Source: Candidatus Eiseniibacteriota bacterium (GTDB lineage: Bacteria > Eisenbacteria > RBG-16-71-46 > DASYSL01). From it: 64,000 nt of DNA. The DNA lies in assembly GCA_031431875.1 (NCBI GenBank), contig JANPEF010000061.1, positions 1 to 64,000 on the forward strand. Reading direction: 5' to 3'. Below are positions 59,384-64,000 of the stretch, piece by piece. Every line of letters starts with the position of its first letter. The stretch's first letter is position 1. A program made the translations under genes and the position numbers. The notes under the pieces were generated by a model. That model saw only the letters and a list, made by a program, of their open reading frames with translations. It made no database searches and was not told the origin of the DNA.

Positions 59384-60448
59384 ATGTTCGTGCTCGGCAT
59401 CGAAACCTCCTGCGACGACACGGCCGCCGCCGTGGTCGAACACGGCCCCCGGCCCCCCCGGCTGGTCTCCAGCATCGTCGCGGTGCAGGACGTGCACCGC
59501 GAGTTCGGCGGCGTCGTGCCCGAGCTGGCCTCGCGCGCCCACCTCGAGCTGCTGCCCGGCGCGGTCGAGCGGGCGCTGGCCGAGGCCGAGCTCGATTTCG
59601 ACGACATCGACGGCATCGCCGTGACGCGCGCACCGGGGCTCCTCGGCGCGTTGCTCGTCGGCGTGAGTTACGCCAAGGCGCTGGCCGTCGCGCTGGAGAA
59701 GCCGTTCGTCGGCGTCAATCACATCGAGGCCCACCTGCTCGCGCCGCTGCTCGAGGGTGCCGTGTTCGAGTTTCCGGCGGTCGGCGCGGTCGTCTCGGGC
59801 GGACACTCCGAGATCTTCCTCGTGCACGCGCTCGGCGCCTACACGCTGATCGGCACGACGCGCGACGACGCGATCGGCGAGGCCTTCGACAAGGCCGCGA
59901 AGTTGCTGGGGCTGGGCTTTCCGGGCGGCCCCGTCGTCGACCGGCTCGCCGCCGTGGGCGACGCCGGGCGGCATCCGCTCCCGCGCGGGATGAGCGGCTC
60001 GGGCGACCTCGACCTCTCGTACTCCGGGCTCAAGGCGGCGACGCGACGGCTGATCGAGGGCCCGGCGGGTGCGCTGTTGCGCGCCGCGCCCGAGTCGGAC
60101 GAGGCGGCGCAGCTGCGCGCCGACATCTGCGCGTCGTTCCAGGTCGCCGCGGTCGATCCGCTCCTGTCGAAGCTCGAGACCGCCGCGCGCCGCCACGGCG
60201 CCCGCTCGCTCGTCGTCGGCGGGGGCGTGGCGTGCAACTCGCGGCTGCGCGAAGGCCTCGCCGGGATCGGCACGCGGCTGGGCATTCCCGCTTTCCGGCC
60301 GAGCCCCGCGCTGTGCGCCGACAACGCGGCGATGATCGCGCTCGTCGGCGGCTTCCGGCTGGCGCGCGGTGAGCGCGACGGACTCGACCTCGAGCCCGTG
60401 CCGAGCCTCGACGAGAGCGGCATGCTCTCCGTGAAGGCCCCCGCGTAA
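59384..60448 (+). CDS. tsaD: tRNA N6-adenosine threonylcarbamoyltransferase
   Basis: LGIETSCDDT, GGVVPELASRAH, NHIEAH, SGGH, DDAIGEAFDK, GGVACN, DNAAMI. Confidence 0.96.
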   Translation: MFVLGIETSCDDTAAAVVEHGPRPPRLVSSIVAVQDVHREFGGVVPELASRAHLELLPGAVERALAEAELDFDDIDGIAVTRAPGLLGALLVGVSYAKALAVALEKPFVGVNHIEAHLLAPLLEGAVFEFPAVGAVVSGGHSEIFLVHALGAYTLIGTTRDDAIGEAFDKAAKLLGLGFPGGPVVDRLAAVGDAGRHPLPRGMSGSGDLDLSYSGLKAATRRLIEGPAGALLRAAPESDEAAQLRADICASFQVAAVDPLLSKLETAARRHGARSLVVGGGVACNSRLREGLAGIGTRLGIPAFRPSPALCADNAAMIALVGGFRLARGERDGLDLEPVPSLDESGMLSVKAPA

Positions 60449-60728
60449 CTGCTTGTCCCCGCGCGCCGGGTGCGTCCGTCCCCGGTCGCAATTCGCTCGC
60501 CGGGGCCCGAAATCGTGCCGATCGCACGGGGTGCCGCGGTTTCGGATCGAACCGAGGCGGTCCGGGCATCGAAAATCCCTCGCCTGCCGCTGGCCAGGGG
60601 CCCGTTCCGCAATCTTCACTCAAACGATGCTCTGCCAATCACTTCCAGCGGGGGACCAGGCTCGGTTGCGCTCCCGGGACACCGCAAGGCGTGCGGCCCT
60701 ACGGGCCGCAGAGCTGGAACTCCTTGGG

Positions 60729-60743
60729 CGGCACGGGACTTGC
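60729..60743 (+). promoter_or_regulatory. Putative sigma54 promoter
   Basis: CGGCACG-GGAC-TTGC about 83 bp upstream of GTG 60826. Confidence 0.55.
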
Positions 60744-60825
60744 GCCGATATCGCGGCGGGGTCCCCGGGCCGGCGCGTCGCGCGCCGCGCCAAGGCGGGC
60801 GTGACCCCGGGGGAGGGGAGCGCAC

Positions 60826-61851
60826 GTGACGCAGGGGAAGTCTCGCATCCTGGTTGCCGACGACGAGCCGAACCTGCGTGAGGCGCTGCGCATCCTCCTC
60901 GATCGGAACGACTTCACCGTCCTGCTCGCCGTCGATGGGCAGGAGGCCGTCGAGATCGCACAGCGCGAGCAGCCGGACCTCGTGCTCCTCGACGTCATGA
61001 TGCCGCGCATGGACGGCTACGAGGCGTGCCGCACGCTGCGCGCCCACTACCGCACGGGCCATATCCCGATCATCATGCTCACGGCGAAGTCGCAGCAGGA
61101 GGACGATCGCGTCCAGGGCCTGTCCCAGGGCGCGAACGACTACATCGGCAAGCCGTGGCATGGCAAGGAACTGGTTCAGCGCATCAAGAACCACCTCGAG
61201 TGGGCGAAGACCCAGCGCTCCGTGAGCCCGCTCACCGGGCTGCCGGGCAACCTGTCGATTCTCGCCGAGCGACAGCGCCGCGTCGACGCGGGCCAGACGT
61301 TCGCCCAGATGTTCCTCGACATCGACAGCTTCAAGTCGTTCAACGATCGCTACGGCTTCCCGGTCGGCGACACCGCGATCACCGCCGTTGCCGACGTGCT
61401 CGCGCAGGTCATCGAGACGCAGGGACGGCCCGGCGACTTCGTCGGCCACATCGGCGGCGACGACTTCACGGTGGTCACCGAGCCCGACCGCGCGGAGAGC
61501 CTCGCCGAGGCCATGAAGAACGCTCTCGAGGAGCGCATGCCGCTGCTCTACGAGGAGGAGGATCGGGCCCGTGGCTCGGTGCGCGTCCTCAACCGGCGCC
61601 ACGAGTACGAAGACTTCCCGCTCATGAGCGTGACGATTGCGCATGCGACGTACGATCCGGCGACGGGGATGCACCTGGCGCAGCTCGACGATCAGCTGCG
61701 CGAGCTCAAGGAGTACGGAAAGAGCCTGCCTGGCTTCGTCGTCGCCAGCGAGCGCCGGCGCAGACGTGTCGACGCCGGGCCCGAGACGGCCTGGGGCAGC
61801 CCGCCGAAACTCGAGGCGCCACCGCCCCAGCGGAAGTCGAAGGCGGCGTGA
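60826..61851 (+). CDS. Response regulator receiver plus GGDEF domain protein
   Basis: ILVADDE, LLDVMMP, MLTAK, DYIGKP; SPLTGLPGN, DIDSFKSFND.YG..GD, GHIGGDDF. Confidence 0.92.
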   Translation: MTQGKSRILVADDEPNLREALRILLDRNDFTVLLAVDGQEAVEIAQREQPDLVLLDVMMPRMDGYEACRTLRAHYRTGHIPIIMLTAKSQQEDDRVQGLSQGANDYIGKPWHGKELVQRIKNHLEWAKTQRSVSPLTGLPGNLSILAERQRRVDAGQTFAQMFLDIDSFKSFNDRYGFPVGDTAITAVADVLAQVIETQGRPGDFVGHIGGDDFTVVTEPDRAESLAEAMKNALEERMPLLYEEEDRARGSVRVLNRRHEYEDFPLMSVTIAHATYDPATGMHLAQLDDQLRELKEYGKSLPGFVVASERRRRRVDAGPETAWGSPPKLEAPPPQRKSKAA

Positions 61852-64000
61852 GTCTCCGGCCCGCCCAGCGAACTCGCGGCGTCGCGGTCGGAACGCTCGC
61901 GCCCGCCACGGTGAGCTCGCCGTGCGCGGCCGCGGCATTCGTGCTGACCACCAGCGGCGATGTCACCGCGCACATCGACGTGTGCGCCGAGGCCGCAAGG
62001 GGGGCGGTCGGCGGGACAGCCTGGCGGCTGGATCATCTCGAGGCCGCAAGCGGAACGCTGCACGCCCACTCCTTCGACGGCCCGGTCCTCCTGCCCGAGC
62101 CCGGCGGCGCGCTCGAATGGCTGCTGCATCACGAGGCGCCACTCGTGCGCGAAGATGCGGCGGCCGAGGCGTTCGGTCCCGGGGCCACGGGCGCGATTCT
62201 CGGCCTGCCCGTGCGCGCGGGCGACATCCTCTTCGGCTTCCTGCGCATCGCCCTGCCGGCCGTCCCGCTGGCGGGTGTCGCCGCGCCCGGCGTGGCGAAC
62301 GCGCGCGTCTTCGCCGACCTGTGTGCGCTCGCGCTCGAACGCCACGCCGGTGAGCTTCAACTCGCCCGCCAGCGCGAGCGCATGGAGGCGCTCGAGCTCA
62401 AGGCCAACGCGGGCGAGACGCTGTTCAGCGAGCTGATCGCCGTCGTCGCGCACGAGATCCGCACGCCGCTGACCTCGATCAAGGCCTACACCGAGGCGCT
62501 GATCGACGCGCCGAGCGACGAGTTCGAGCGCCGCCGTGAGTTCCTGCACGTCATCGACGAGGAGTGTGATCGCCTGGGCCGTCTGGTCGGCGACGCGCTC
62601 GACCTGTCGCGCCTCGAGGCCGGCCTGCGCCTGCTCAAGGTGAAGCCGATGACGGCGACGACGCTGCTCGAGGACGTGGTGACCACGCTGGAGCCCGATG
62701 CGACGAAGCATGGTGTCGCGCTGGTGATCGAGGAGGGCGTGGCCATCGACGACGTCGAGGCCGACGGCGACCTGCTCAAGCAACTGCTGTTCAACCTGGT
62801 GGGCAACGCGATCAAGTTCTCGCCGGCGGACACGACGGTCACGTTGCGCGCCGAGACCCACGGTCAAGGCCAGTGGCGCCTGTCGGTCAGCGACCAGGGC
62901 GGCGGCATTCCCGAGGACCAGCTCGAGCGGATCTTCGAGCGGTTCCACCGCGTCGAGCTCAAGAGCGGCCGGCGCGTCCAGGGCACGGGGCTGGGACTGG
63001 CCATCGCGCGGCACATCGTCGACCTGCACGGCGGTCGCCTGTGGGTCGAGAATGCGCCGACCGGCGGCTCGATCTTCTCGGCGCTCCTGCCGCGGCGGCA
63101 GCTCGCGCCGGCGCAGGTGCGCTCGGTCGCGGCCGCGCTGGCGCGTCGGGCCGACGTCGCCGACCTGCTCGACGCGGCGATGGGCATGATCGCCGAGGTC
63201 ATGGCGGCGGACATCGTCTCGACGCTGCTGGTCGACGCCGCGGCGGGCGACCTGTGCATCGTGGCGTCGCGCGGGCTCGATCCGGACGCCCGCTCGCGGC
63301 GTATGCACTTCCGCGGCGGCGTTGCCGGTGCGGTGCTGTCGGCCGGACAGCCGGTGCGCGTCGAGAACATCGAGACCGATCGTCGCTTCGGCAAGAAGAG
63401 CCATCCGCAGTATTCGACGAAGTCGCTGCTGTGCGCGCCGCTGGCGGTCGGGGGCGTCGTCGTCGGCGTGGTCAACGTCACCGACAAGCGCTCGCGCGCC
63501 GAGTTCGACGAGTCGGACCTGGAACTGCTCACGTCTCTGGTCGATCGAATCTCGGCGGCGCTGTCGCGCGCCCACGCCTATCCCGACTCGACGGCGGTGG
63601 TCGCCGAGGCGAAGGCCTCGGTGCAGTCCGTGGCACGCGTGCGGCGCGACCTGTGGCTCGGCGACTCCGAGCTGTCGCGCCACGCGACGCGTGTCGCCGG
63701 ACGCGTGGGCGTCGATCTCGCAACGGCGGCGGCGATCGCGCGCCTGACCGCGGGCGACGCGGGTGACGCGGGCGACGCGGACGGGGTGTGGTCCGCCGAC
63801 GCGGCGAGCGCCGCGCGCGCGTTGCTGCTGTCGCGTGCCGAGCGCCTCGACGGCAGCGGCCGCCCCCATGGCCTGCGCGGCGAGGCGATCCCGATGGGCG
63901 CCCGCATCCTCGGAGTCATCGACGAGTTCGAGAGCATGACCCATGGGCGATCGTATCGCACCGCGTTCACCGTTGACGAGGCGCTCGGCGCGTTGCGCGA
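61848..64000 (+). CDS. GAF - histidine kinase (HisKA/HATPase) - GAF - degenerate HD-GYP protein; runs off the window and is absent from the ORF track
   Basis: Manual translation from GTG 61848 is stop-free: AHEIRTPLTSI, NLVGNAIKFS, DQGGGIP, GTGLGL; GAF SLLCAPL..GVVNV; RAERLDGSGRPHGLRGEAIPMGARI. Confidence 0.85.
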   Translation, partial: MSLRPAQRTRGVAVGTLAPATVSSPCAAAAFVLTTSGDVTAHIDVCAEAARGAVGGTAWRLDHLEAASGTLHAHSFDGPVLLPEPGGALEWLLHHEAPLVREDAAAEAFGPGATGAILGLPVRAGDILFGFLRIALPAVPLAGVAAPGVANARVFADLCALALERHAGELQLARQRERMEALELKANAGETLFSELIAVVAHEIRTPLTSIKAYTEALIDAPSDEFERRREFLHVIDEECDRLGRLVGDALDLSRLEAGLRLLKVKPMTATTLLEDVVTTLEPDATKHGVALVIEEGVAIDDVEADGDLLKQLLFNLVGNAIKFSPADTTVTLRAETHGQGQWRLSVSDQGGGIPEDQLERIFERFHRVELKSGRRVQGTGLGLAIARHIVDLHGGRLWVENAPTGGSIFSALLPRRQLAPAQVRSVAAALARRADVADLLDAAMGMIAEVMAADIVSTLLVDAAAGDLCIVASRGLDPDARSRRMHFRGGVAGAVLSAGQPVRVENIETDRRFGKKSHPQYSTKSLLCAPLAVGGVVVGVVNVTDKRSRAEFDESDLELLTSLVDRISAALSRAHAYPDSTAVVAEAKASVQSVARVRRDLWLGDSELSRHATRVAGRVGVDLATAAAIARLTAGDAGDAGDADGVWSADAASAARALLLSRAERLDGSGRPHGLRGEAIPMGARILGVIDEFESMTHGRSYRTAFTVDEALGALR

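Noticed and set aside
63751..63783. Short gcgggcgac-like tandem repeat
   Set aside because: Three to four degenerate in-frame units (AGD) inside the eroded HD-GYP region; too short to call a functional repeat.

Overview
A very GC-rich, gene-dense bacterial chromosomal segment with about 53 CDSs. No rRNA, tRNA or CRISPR array was seen. Secreted proteins ending in 'TWGxxKxxYR' or FlgD-Ig/T9SS-like tails suggest a lineage such as Ca. Eisenbacteria/Krumholzibacteriota (inference). Contents in order: a 4-hydroxybenzoyl-CoA-reductase-like molybdoenzyme operon running into kynU-kynB; a decayed kynB duplicate; 2-oxoacid dehydrogenase E1 alpha/beta fusion; many peptidases; fused hpnC-hpnD plus hpnE; heme O/A synthesis genes; engB; purEK; an icd-pntAB operon; amidohydrolases; an ECF sigma/anti-sigma pair; nfeD-SPFH-cutA; tandem AmpG-like MFS genes; tsaD; and c-di-GMP signalling genes. 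The standout is an apparently intact IS110-family (IS1111-like) element at about 48797-50352. It has 12-bp subterminal inverted repeats, a duplicated CT core and a readable bridge-RNA-like downstream region. Its putative target guides (TATCGCT(A) + CTAG) match the Tyr-Arg-stop codons of the conserved TWGxxKxxYR tail, and the insertion changes TAG to TGA, leaving the host protein intact.
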